Assembly: GCF_000019345.1 (NCBI RefSeq)
Contig: NC_010503.1
Coordinates: 240,001 to 272,000, forward strand
Reading direction: 5' to 3'
DNA: 32,000 bases
DNA from: Ureaplasma parvum serovar 3 str. ATCC 27815
GTDB taxonomy: Bacteria > Bacillota_I > Bacilli_A > Mycoplasmatales > Mycoplasmoidaceae
Numbering within the stretch: the first letter of the stretch is position 1; every line of letters begins with the position of its first letter. Below the pieces are notes generated by a model. The model was not told the DNA's origin, searched no databases, and saw only the letters and a list, made by a program, of their open reading frames with translations. A program made the translations under genes and the position numbers. This document shows positions 11,480 to 20,693 of the stretch, piece by piece.

Positions 11480-13174
11480 TTATTGAATTCCTATGTAGTA
11501 ATGATATAAACTTTGACCAGTATATCTTAAATCACAAATAATTCCATATTTTTCTGAAATGTATTTTTCAATTTGATGTACATCTGTTTGTGAAGCATTA
11601 ATGCCATAATATATATAACAAATTTCTGGTTTTTTTAAACTTTCAATTAACATTTCAATTGTTTTTAATAAAACATCATAAGCATTTTTTTCAGAAGCGA
11701 TAATTTTTTTATTAATAATGCCTATATAATCATCTTTATTAACAGTAATATGTGGATATTTAACATTTTTAATTGAAGTAGTAATCATCCCACTACGTGC
11801 TTTTTTAACTATTTTATTCATTGTTTTAAAATTTGTGCGATAATCATTTTGCTGTTCAAAATGAGAAATCGCTAAAAGCGTTTCAAAAACATTATAAGCT
11901 CCAATTACAGAAACCAAAATGTTGTTTTCAGCAACGATTTTTGAAGCTTGTTCAGCAGCTAATACAATATTTGAATCATCAGTGACAATAAAAATTTGTG
12001 AAGAGTTTGTTGAGTTAATTTCATCGACAAAACGTTGAATTGATGGAGCTCCTTCTGTTTCAGTAACAATAACATTATCAATACCATGTTCTTCAATAAA
12101 CATTTTTTTAAACTTTTCAGATGGAACTGTTGCAATAATTTTTTGCTCCATACTTAAAGTCAATTTATTTTCTTTTTTTGTAGTCAACCCTTTTCGTTCT
12201 AAACTTTCATAAAATTGGTTTGTCATGTTTTCAATTTTAATCTTATCAAATTCACCATATTTTTGTGATAATTGTAAGAATTTATAAGGAGTTAGGGTAT
12301 GCAAATGAACTTTAACTAGATCTTCATCTTGGATTGCTACAATACTATCACCGATTTTTGCTAATTCACTTTTATATTTTTCAAATTCAAAAAAACTTTT
12401 ACTTGGTGAATTAGGGATAATTTTTTTTCGTAAAGATAAAATAATTTCACTACAATAACCAAAACCTTCTTCTTTTTCTTTATGTATAATTTCAAGATCA
12501 AGCGGTTTAGTCTTTGATTTAATATTTTCTTCTTCGTTTTTAATAATTAATTTTTCATCAAATGTATTTGTTAAGCTTTGATACATTCCTTTTAGAAAAC
12601 TTACTAAACCATATCCACCAGAATCAACAACATTAGCTTCTTTTAGCGAAGGTAACATTTCTGGTGTTCTTTCTAGAATGATTTGCGCTTCTTTTGTAAC
12701 AAATGCAAATAAATCTTCGACACTATCAAAATTTTGACGTTCACTTATTCGCTCATTAATAACGCGAATGACTGTTAAAATTGTTCCTTCAATAGGTGTA
12801 GAGACGCTTGCATAAGCTTTTTCTTTTGCACCATTAAAAGCTTGTTTTAATTGTTCAATACTAACTTCATAAGCATCGTTATTTAAAGCATCCATAAATC
12901 CACGAAATATTTGACTTAAAATAACACCAGAGTTACCTCTGGCGTTCATTAATAGACCACGACTAAAAATTTTAGCAAGTTGGGAAAAATTGGATATTTC
13001 TATCTCTTTAATAGCAATAATTGCACCAGCTGTTGTGGTTTTCATGTTTGAACCAGTATCACCATCTGGAACAGGAAAAACATTTAAATCGTTAATATAT
13101 TCACATTCAATTTCTAATATTTTTGCACCTGCATATAACATTTTTTGAAAAAGATCTAACTTAATTGTTTTCAT
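11480..13174 (-). CDS. fakA: DAK2-domain fusion protein YloV / fatty-acid kinase FakA-like (564 aa)
   Basis: The N-terminal DhaL/Dak2 motif VPDGDTGSNM is present. The length and domain order match YloV/FakA. It keeps conserved adjacency to a yloU (Asp23-like) gene and lies upstream of plsX. Confidence 0.85.
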   Translation of the reverse strand: MKTIKLDLFQKMLYAGAKILEIECEYINDLNVFPVPDGDTGSNMKTTTAGAIIAIKEIEISNFSQLAKIFSRGLLMNARGNSGVILSQIFRGFMDALNNDAYEVSIEQLKQAFNGAKEKAYASVSTPIEGTILTVIRVINERISERQNFDSVEDLFAFVTKEAQIILERTPEMLPSLKEANVVDSGGYGLVSFLKGMYQSLTNTFDEKLIIKNEEENIKSKTKPLDLEIIHKEKEEGFGYCSEIILSLRKKIIPNSPSKSFFEFEKYKSELAKIGDSIVAIQDEDLVKVHLHTLTPYKFLQLSQKYGEFDKIKIENMTNQFYESLERKGLTTKKENKLTLSMEQKIIATVPSEKFKKMFIEEHGIDNVIVTETEGAPSIQRFVDEINSTNSSQIFIVTDDSNIVLAAEQASKIVAENNILVSVIGAYNVFETLLAISHFEQQNDYRTNFKTMNKIVKKARSGMITTSIKNVKYPHITVNKDDYIGIINKKIIASEKNAYDVLLKTIEMLIESLKKPEICYIYYGINASQTDVHQIEKYISEKYGIICDLRYTGQSLYHYYIGIQ

Positions 13175-13188
13175 ATCACACTTCCATT

Positions 13189-13455
13189 TTAACAGTTTAT
13201 AATGATGTTAATAACCACATTATCATCATTTAATTGTTTTGACAATTCATAATATACTAAATTACGCGCTTCATTTGCTACACTTAAAACATTAACAACA
13301 TCTTCATGTAAATCAATTTTAATTACAAAATAATTACGATTAAAATCTGATAATTTGTCATTTATGTCAACACTAAAAATCCCAGGAACTTTTAAAATAG
13401 AGGATGTAATTAAACTTTTAACAAGTTGAGTATCAAATTTAGTTTTTTTTAACAT
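13189..13455 (-). CDS. Asp23/Gls24-family (YloU-like) small protein
   Basis: The 88-aa ORF lies immediately upstream of the yloV-like gene, as in Bacillus. The N-terminal pattern (..IA...I..VPGI..) resembles the Asp23 family. The call rests mainly on context. Confidence 0.6.
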   Translation of the reverse strand: MLKKTKFDTQLVKSLITSSILKVPGIFSVDINDKLSDFNRNYFVIKIDLHEDVVNVLSVANEARNLVYYELSKQLNDDNVVINIIINC

Positions 13456-13559
13456 GCCCTACTCCCACCACATTTACGCTCTCATATTTATAGTTTCAAA
13501 ATTATATTATATTATAAAATTATTATTTATGTTTTTAGACAAATAAGATAAATACAATC

Positions 13560-14198
13560 TTAATACTTTTTCAAATTTTTTAAATGGTTTTTAACTTTTG
13601 TTGTTTTTAATAAATTTTGTAAATTTTCAAATTTATTAAAGGCCAAATCAATAATATCTTCATAATTATCTTTTGTTGCAGAATTTAAATAAAATTTTTT
13701 CAATACATTTTTATCAGCAAAAAGTAATAAACTATGATATTTTTGCTTTTTATTTCTTGAAATTTCAAATAGTAAAATTTGTGGATTGGAATTATTAATC
13801 AATTTTTTTATTGTATTATATATTAATTTATTTCACAATTCGTCTTTAAAATCGTTTTTTGTTAACGTAAAATTAAACTGGTTACTTAAATATCTGCTTA
13901 AATTATTTTTTTTAGTAACATAGATTTGAAATAAATTAATATAAATATCCTTATAAATAAAATTTTCTTTTAATAAGTCATTTTTATTGATCAAAATTTC
14001 ATCTCAGTTTTTTCAACGACGCATTTTTGAAGGTAAATAAGCATTTTGACCAGATAAATAATATATATAATTATCATTTTCAAATAAAATAATAGGAAAA
14101 CCTCCAATCATGTTTTCAAAAGGATCACTAACAATATAATTTAAATCACTATTTCTTATTAAAATCTCTTTATACATACTTTTTCAGTTGATATTCAT
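13560..14198 (-). CDS. Hypothetical protein (212 aa), no recognisable motifs
   Basis: ORF 13560-13802 extends 5' through several TGA-Trp codons with no TAA or TAG (checked codon by codon) to ATG (complement of 14196-14198). It is the first gene of the minus-strand yloU-yloV-plsX-rnc string. Confidence 0.6.
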
Positions 14199-14295
14199 AA
14201 AAAAATTTATTATATTACTATAAATATTTTATAATATTAAAATTAGTGAAATTAAAATATTTAAATAATTTTAACACGTGGAGGTGTTTAAAAAG

Positions 14296-14490
14296 ATGGC
14301 AAAAAGAGATCAATTAACAGGCAAAGGTCCTTTAAGTGGGAATACACGTTCACATGCTATGAATCATTCAAAGCGTCGTTGAAATGTTAATTTACAAAAA
14401 GCAACTATTAAGACTGAAAACGGGAGCCAACGTGTATTAGTTTCAGCTAAAACACTAAAAACACTTAAAAAGCATAATTTATTAGCCTAG
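14296..14490 (+). CDS. rpmB: 50S ribosomal protein L28
   Basis: GGAGGTG RBS, then ATG 14296. Translation: [35 protein letters not shown]... with one TGA-Trp, ending at TAG 14488-14490. The ORF track missed it because of the TGA. Confidence 0.95.
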
Positions 14491-14510
14491 TGAACGAAAA
14501 TGTTAAAAAT

Positions 14511-14546
14511 AAAAAAATGTACAAACCATTGCTTGTACATTTTTTT
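14511..14546 (+). terminator. Rho-independent terminator after rpmB
   Basis: ATGTACAA (14517-14524) pairs with TTGTACAT (14533-14540). The stem is extended by A7/T6 runs around an 8-nt loop. Confidence 0.8.
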
Positions 14547-14885
14547 ATTATTAACTGGTTATTTTATTTAAAGTCCACTTAATTAAAACTCTAGTTAATA
14601 AACAAATTTATATGACTGACATTAAGTTTTAATAACCGTTTTTAATTAATAAATTTTTTAATGTTAATCATACATTATAAATATAACAAATTCAAATCTT
14701 AATTATATACAAATCATCAATTTTTATTGAAAAATGACGTTAGAAATAATTTATAAACACAAATATAAAATAAGAAGATTAAAATCTTAAGAAGAATATA
14801 TATGTATATATATTAATATTCATATTTAGATTTTTTAAAAGATAATTGTTAAACATTAATCAAATTACTTAAAGTAATATGTTTA

Positions 14886-14914
14886 AAATAAAAAAAGAGG
14901 AATAATTCCTCTTT
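14886..14914 (-). terminator. Rho-independent terminator after rpmA
   Basis: AAAGAGG (14894-14900) pairs with CCTCTTT (14908-14914) around a 7-nt loop. An A-run on the plus strand gives a U-run on the minus transcript. The hairpin overlaps the rpmA stop. Confidence 0.75.
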
Positions 14915-15215
14915 AATTATTATCTTCTTTTGGAAGAACACTAACTTTTGTTTTATCTCCCATAAATTTAGTGTATTTTACCACACCAGCAGTTTTTGCA
15001 AATAAAGTGTGGTCTTTACCTTGTCCAACATTTAATCCAGGGTAGATTTTATTGCCCCTTTGACGATAAATAATTTGACCTGCTTTAGTAGATTGCCCAT
15101 CACCAAGTTTTGCGCCTAAATATTTAGGATTTGAGTCACGACCATTTTTAGATGAACCTACCCCTTTTTTAGAAGCAAAAAGTTGTAAGTCAGTTAATCA
15201 GTATAATTTATTCAT
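14913..15215 (-). CDS. rpmA: 50S ribosomal protein L27 with Firmicute-type N-terminal propeptide
   Basis: Translated codon by codon: [28 protein letters not shown]... with one TGA-Trp. It was not in the ORF track. The LQLF/ASKKG junction matches the Prp cleavage site known from Staphylococcus and Bacillus L27. Confidence 0.95.
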
Positions 15216-15220
15216 TGTAA

Positions 15221-15529
15221 TTATAAACCTCTTTTATATTGTTGTTTATATTCGTGTAATTCAATATAAGATTGATATTTAAAATAGATTGCTTTTAATT
15301 GAATTATAATTAATTCTAGATATTGACGATACAATTGATTGTTATTATCAATAATTATTAATATAAATCCTTGCTCAACCTTAATTGTTGTTTTTTGTTG
15401 ATCAAATCAATTAAGTGCACCCATAATAATAGCACTCACTCCAGCGCATACTATATCTTTGCCATGCTCATCAAAATTTGCATGACCTTTTACTAATAAA
15501 GCGTTTGGATAATGATTTATTTTAATCAT
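15221..15529 (-). CDS. prp: Ribosomal-processing cysteine protease Prp (YsxB family)
   Basis: The 102-aa product lies between rplU and rpmA. It has the catalytic His/Cys motifs GHA...HGKDIVCAGVSA and one TGA-Trp. It was not in the ORF track. Confidence 0.88.
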
Positions 15530-15534
15530 AAAAA

Positions 15535-15837
15535 CTACTTAACACTAATTGAATCAATAACTAATTGTGTATATGGTTGTCGATGACCTTGACGTTTTAA
15601 ATGGTGTTTTTTAGATTTAAATTTAATAATGTTGATCTTCTTTTGTTTTCCTTGTTTTATAACAGTAGCATTAACTACAGCATTTTTTACAAAAGGAGTA
15701 CCAACACTACCTTCTACCATAATAACTTGATCAAATGAAATTTTACTACCAACTTCTAAATCTAGTTTTTCAACATAGATTTTTTCGCCTTGTTGAACTT
15801 TGTATTGTTTTCCGCCTGTTTGAAAAATAGCAAACAT
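15535..15837 (-). CDS. rplU: 50S ribosomal protein L21
   Basis: The 100-aa ORF begins [14 protein letters not shown], a canonical L21 N-terminus. It heads the rplU-prp-rpmA operon. Confidence 0.97.
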   Translation of the reverse strand: MFAIFQTGGKQYKVQQGEKIYVEKLDLEVGSKISFDQVIMVEGSVGTPFVKNAVVNATVIKQGKQKKINIIKFKSKKHHLKRQGHRQPYTQLVIDSISVK

Positions 15838-16154
15838 TACAAATTTCTCCTTAGAATTGATATCTTATCAACTTAGACTCACCAATAAGGTATAAATTAA
15901 CATTTATTTTTAAACCTTTTTTGAGTGGTTGAAGCTGCATACGTTAATTTAAATCATACACAGCTTAAATATTATATCATAATTAAATAGGTTAACCTTG
16001 TTTATTTGGATGTTTTCTTTATATAATATAAATTAACTCATGTGTTATTTATTAAGTTGTAAATTTATTCAAAATTAGAGATGTAAAATTACTAAATTTT
16101 AAAAACATTGGTATTAATAATAACCATAAAAATAAAAAAGAGGAGTTTTAATTT

Positions 16155-16730
16155 ATGAAACGCGGAAAATTAATTGTTTTTAGTGGACCTAGTGGTGTAG
16201 GAAAACATACAATTCTATCTAAAATCATAAATCGTAAAGATTTAAATTTAGCATATAGTATTTCAATGACAACCCGAAAAAAACGTGAAGGTGAAGTTAA
16301 TGGTGTTGATTATTATTTTGTTAATGATGAAGAATTTAAAAAGGCCATACTAAATAATGAATTAATTGAGTGAGCTGAGTTTGTTGGAAATAAATATGGA
16401 ACACCACGAACTATTGTTGAAAAATTAAGAGATGAAGGAAAAAATGTTATTTTAGAAATTGAGGTTGTAGGTGCACTTAAAGTTTTAGATTTATATAAAA
16501 ATGATGATTTAATTTCTATTTTTTTATTACCACCAAGTATTGATGAATTAAAAAAACGCTTATTAAAAAGGAATACAGAAACATTAGAAACAATTAAAAA
16601 AAGAATTCAAAAAGCTACTCATGAAATAACAATAAAAGATTATTATCAATATAATATTATTAATGATAATCCAGATCATGCAGCAAACCAGTTGGCGGAG
16701 ATTATTCTAAATGAAATTAAACAATCATAA
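16155..16730 (+). CDS. gmk: Guanylate kinase
   Basis: GAGGAG RBS. It has the P-loop GPSGVGK and TTR..R.GE..G.DY.F. ORF 16155-16373 continues via TGA-Trp to TAA 16728-16730. Confidence 0.95.
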
Positions 16731-17721
16731 TCTAAAAGAAATTTATTCATTATCATTAAATGAACTTAAAGAAGAATTATTTAAATTAGGCTTAAAATCT
16801 TTTATTAGCAAACAAATTTATTCTTGGATTTATCAGAAACGAATTTTTAATTTTGATAAATTTTCTAATATTGCTAAAAATAATGTAATAATTCTAAAAG
16901 AAAATTTTAGTAATAATCTATTAAAAATTAACAGTTATCAATCAAATTCTGATGGTTCAATTAAGTTTGAATTTTTAACAGATAAAAATCTGATTATTAA
17001 TTGCATGATTATTAAATTTAAAAACGGATTTTTAATAAAAATAAATCCGTTTGGAATTAATTTTAAAAAAGAAATTATTAATTTATCAACTAATGAATTA
17101 GTATTACAAATTTTATTAATACAACAATTTCTAGATCAACGTAAATTAGGCAACATTACTAATGTTATTATAAAAGGATTACAGGATAGCTTATTAAATA
17201 TGGACGTTGTATCAAACTTCATTAATATTATTAATAATGAAAATGGTTTAAATATTGGAAAAAGGAAAATTGCAGTTTGAACAAGTGGTATAAATGTTGA
17301 TTTGATTAAATGAGGACAATTACAAAATCAAATAGAATTGATTATTAGTATGAATGCTTCAAACTCATTAATTTATCAAAAAATAATGTTGAAGAAACTA
17401 AATCAAAATTGATCTTTTTTAAAATTAATTGAGCAAATTAAGGCATATACAAAGATTACAAATAATCGCGTTGTATTAGAATATTTATTAATTGATAAAA
17501 TTAATGATGATTTAAATTATGCTAATGAATTAGTAGAATTATTAAAAAACATCTTATGTTATGTGCTTTTAATTCCTTATAATTTAAATAATTATCGAAC
17601 TAGTGCTAATTTAGATGATTTTTTTAATATTTTATCTGTTAATAAAATACGAATTAGTAAGCGTATACGAAAAAGTAACGATTTAGATATTAGTTTTAAA
17701 CAATTGAAAATTAAGGAGTAA
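16711..17721 (+). CDS. RlmN/Cfr-family homologue lacking the radical-SAM cysteines (336 aa), probable pseudoenzyme
   Basis: ORF 16711-17280 continues through three TGA-Trp codons to TAA 17719-17721. It is end-to-end colinear with RlmN (IYSL..EL, QIY.WIY, SDGSIKF, TSGI, LEY.LI, LIPYN, D.D....QL) and occupies the rlmN (yloN) position before prpC-prkC-rsgA. The CxxxCxxC and C-terminal Cys motifs are absent. Confidence 0.7.
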
Positions 17722-17724
17722 AAA

Positions 17725-18468
17725 ATGAATTTTGGGTTTATTAGTGATATTGGCTCACAACGCAAACATAATGATGATTGTGCATTGGTAATTCAAAATC
17801 AATATCAACAAACTTTATTAATTGTTTGTGATGGATTAGGCGGGTATAAAGGTGGTGCTGCGGCTAGCCACATTACATTAGAAACAATTAAAGATAATTT
17901 TTTAACTACAGATTTTAGTGAGTATGATAAACAACAGATTCAAAAATGGTATATTAAAGTTATTAAACTAGCACAGGTTGAAATTGATCGCACTGTTTTA
18001 CTAGATAAAGACGTTTATAATATGGGAACTACAGTTGTTGCTTCTATTGTTGTTAATGATTTTTCATACACTCTAAATATTGGTGATTCGCGTGCTTATT
18101 TATTATCCAATGAACAATTCTTACAAATAAGTCGCGATCATAATTTATTACAAGTTTTACAAGAACGTAAAGCCAACCCTGAGGTTTATAAAAAACATGA
18201 GAAGAATTTATTTTCATTAACACAATTTGTTGGTCGCACAAGTAATATTTTTTTGAGTTATGACTTATTCGTAAATAAATTAAACCCAAATGAAATTATT
18301 GTTTTAACATCAGATGGATTCCATAACTATTTTGAATTAAATACATTATATGAAAAATTAATAAAAAGCACCCAAGAGACAAAAAATGAACTTTTACAAC
18401 AATTAATAAGACAAGCTATTATCAACGGTAGCAATGATAATTTATCATTAGCTTTCTTAATTTTTTAA
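17725..18468 (+). CDS. prpC: PP2C-family Ser/Thr protein phosphatase
   Basis: AAGGAG RBS. The 247-aa ORF has ISDIG..R..N.D, VCDGLGG and SDG motifs and lies upstream of the kinase gene, as in Firmicutes. Confidence 0.92.
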   Translation: MNFGFISDIGSQRKHNDDCALVIQNQYQQTLLIVCDGLGGYKGGAAASHITLETIKDNFLTTDFSEYDKQQIQKWYIKVIKLAQVEIDRTVLLDKDVYNMGTTVVASIVVNDFSYTLNIGDSRAYLLSNEQFLQISRDHNLLQVLQERKANPEVYKKHEKNLFSLTQFVGRTSNIFLSYDLFVNKLNPNEIIVLTSDGFHNYFELNTLYEKLIKSTQETKNELLQQLIRQAIINGSNDNLSLAFLIF

Positions 18469-18473
18469 ATTTT

Positions 18474-19634
18474 ATGCGTGAAGAAATAAAAACAAACTCA
18501 ATTCTTAATTATAAATATAAAGTTGTTAAACACCTAGCAGATGGTGGTTTTAGTAAAGTTTATTTATGTTGTTTTTTATCAGATGAAACTAAGTTTATTG
18601 TTATTAAAGTTTTAGATATTAATGATGAGAAACAACAAATGGTTGTTTATGATGAATTAAGAATTTCAAATTTAATTAAAAATTCTGATTCTGATAAAAA
18701 AAACTATATTATGGAATATTATGAATATTTTGAAACCGGTTCGTTAGAAAATAATGATAAAAGGATTTATATTGTTTTTGAATACATTGAAGGTTTGACA
18801 TTGCGTGAATATCTTGATGAATTTAAAACAATTACTTATGTTAAGGCTGTTGAAATTATTCGTCAGGTTGCCTTAGGTGTAAGTTTTTTTCATAGTTGTA
18901 ATCCACAAATTATTCATCGTGATTTAAAGCCAGAAAATTGCATGATTAATAAAACCTTAACAAAAATTAAAATTATTGATTATGGTGCAGCATCGGTTTT
19001 TTACAATCGTGAAGATTTAACAAAAGATCAAGAAATTAAATGTACAATTATTTACGCTTCACCAAAATTATTAAGTCTTGGGCAAAAAGTTAAAGAACAA
19101 GCTAATAAGGGTTTAAATAAAAGAGCTTTAAGTTTAATTAATGACGCATTAGGTGTTAGTTATGATATTCATTCTTTAGGAGTTATGTTATATGAATTAA
19201 TTACTGGAACTAACCCTTTTAGTGAACATACAATTACAGATGATCGTGATTATTTAGAAAAATGAATAACATATGATGTTGAACCACTATCGTTAATTAA
19301 TAAAACAATACCAAAAGGTATTGATAATATTTTAATGCGTTGTTTTGCTTGAAAAAAAGAAGATAATAAGTTGTTATACAAAGATATCTACACTTTAATT
19401 GATGATTTAAGTAATGTTATGGATCCAGAGTCAAATCTTAATCAAGAATACATTAAACCATTAAATAAGTTACGAATTTATCGTAAAAATCTAGCAGGCT
19501 TATATGAAATTAAAGAAAAAGATCGTAAATGATATTTACAAAAATGATTTATTATTCTTATTAGTTGTTTATCGGTTATTCTAATCATTTTATTAATTAT
19601 TATTTTATTTTTTAAAAAAAGTGGGGCAATCTAA
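18474..19634 (+). CDS. prkC: Hanks-type Ser/Thr protein kinase with C-terminal membrane anchor, no PASTA domains
   Basis: It has the Gly-rich loop region ([10 protein letters not shown]), VIK lysine, HRDLKPEN and DYG (in place of DFG). ORF 18474-19265 continues via TGA-Trp to TAA 19632-19634. The C-terminal TM is [22 protein letters not shown], followed by only 6 residues. Confidence 0.9.
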
Positions 19635-19636
19635 TT

Positions 19637-20548
19637 GTGCGGGCAAAGATTATTTCGGTTGTTGCTAATAATTTTTATGTACATCTTTATGATTTAAAAA
19701 TTCAGATAAAAGCAATTCCCAAAGGGATTTTTAAACATAACAGTCATGAATTAAAACCAATGGTTGGGGATGATGTTGAAGTTGAATTAATTGGGAATAC
19801 TTATTTAATCACAAAAATTTATGAACGTTATAATCAATTAATTCGTCCCAAAGTTGCAAATATTGATATTGTTTTAATCGTAGTCTCTATTGTACAACCA
19901 GATTTAAATACATTGAGTTTAAACAAATATTTAGCTTTTTATGAAGCTCGCAATATTAAAAATGTTTTAATAGGTTTGAGTAAATATGATTTAGCCAATA
20001 ATCATTTAAAACAAAAAATTAATAAGTTAATTTTAGATTATAAAAAAAATAACTATGCGGTTTTTATATTAACAAAAGAAAATGATATTTTATTATTAAA
20101 AGAAAAGATTAAAAGCAAGACACTTTGTTTGGCAGGAAATTCAGGCGTAGGTAAATCAACATTAATTAATAAATTAGATCCAAGCATTCAACAACGTACA
20201 CAGGAAATATCACATTTTCTGAATCGAGGAAAACACACAACAACAAGTACCAAACTAATTAGTTTTGCTAATGGCTTTTTAGTTGATACACCGGGTTTTG
20301 GAAATTTAGAGGTTAATTTAACCAAGAATGAAATGGCTAATGCCTTTAATGATTTTGCAAATTATGCACGTTTTTGTAAATTTTCTAATTGTTTACATAT
20401 TGAAGAACCAGAATGTGCTATTAAAAAAGCTGTTGATGAAAAATTAATTGTTAATTGACGATATGATGACTATTTAAAAATAATAAAAGAATTACCAAAT
20501 GATGTGTTGAAAATAAAAACACGTGCTCAAAATAGAAAATGTAAATAA
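19637..20548 (+). CDS. rsgA: Ribosome small-subunit-dependent GTPase RsgA (YjeQ/CpgA)
   Basis: GTG start at 19637. It has the circularly permuted GTPase motifs (SKYDL, then [17 protein letters not shown]) and the zinc knuckle [15 protein letters not shown]. It continues past one TGA-Trp to TAA 20546-20548. Confidence 0.92.
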
Positions 20549-20693
20549 ATAATTCTAATTCTTTAGTTGCAAAAATACTTTTTATAATTCGCTTGTGCTT
20601 GCTTTTTATTTTTTTAGTACTATAATAGTAATATGTACTTAAAAATTATATTTTGTTTTAAAGTATAAAAAAAATAAATAAGAGGTGAGAATT

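Noticed and set aside
14736-14792. 18-codon sORF (MTLEIIYKHKYKIRRLKS) in the rpmB/rpmA spacer
   Set aside because: It has no RBS, and an ORF of this size is expected by chance in AT-rich DNA.
15932-15966. AAGCTG...CAGCTT hairpin as part of the rplU leader
   Set aside because: Its distal arm overlaps the predicted transcription start region just downstream of the minus-strand -10 box, so it is probably not fully transcribed.
18053-18289. Minus-strand 78-aa ORF inside the PP2C phosphatase gene
   Set aside because: It is an antisense shadow ORF with no supporting signals.
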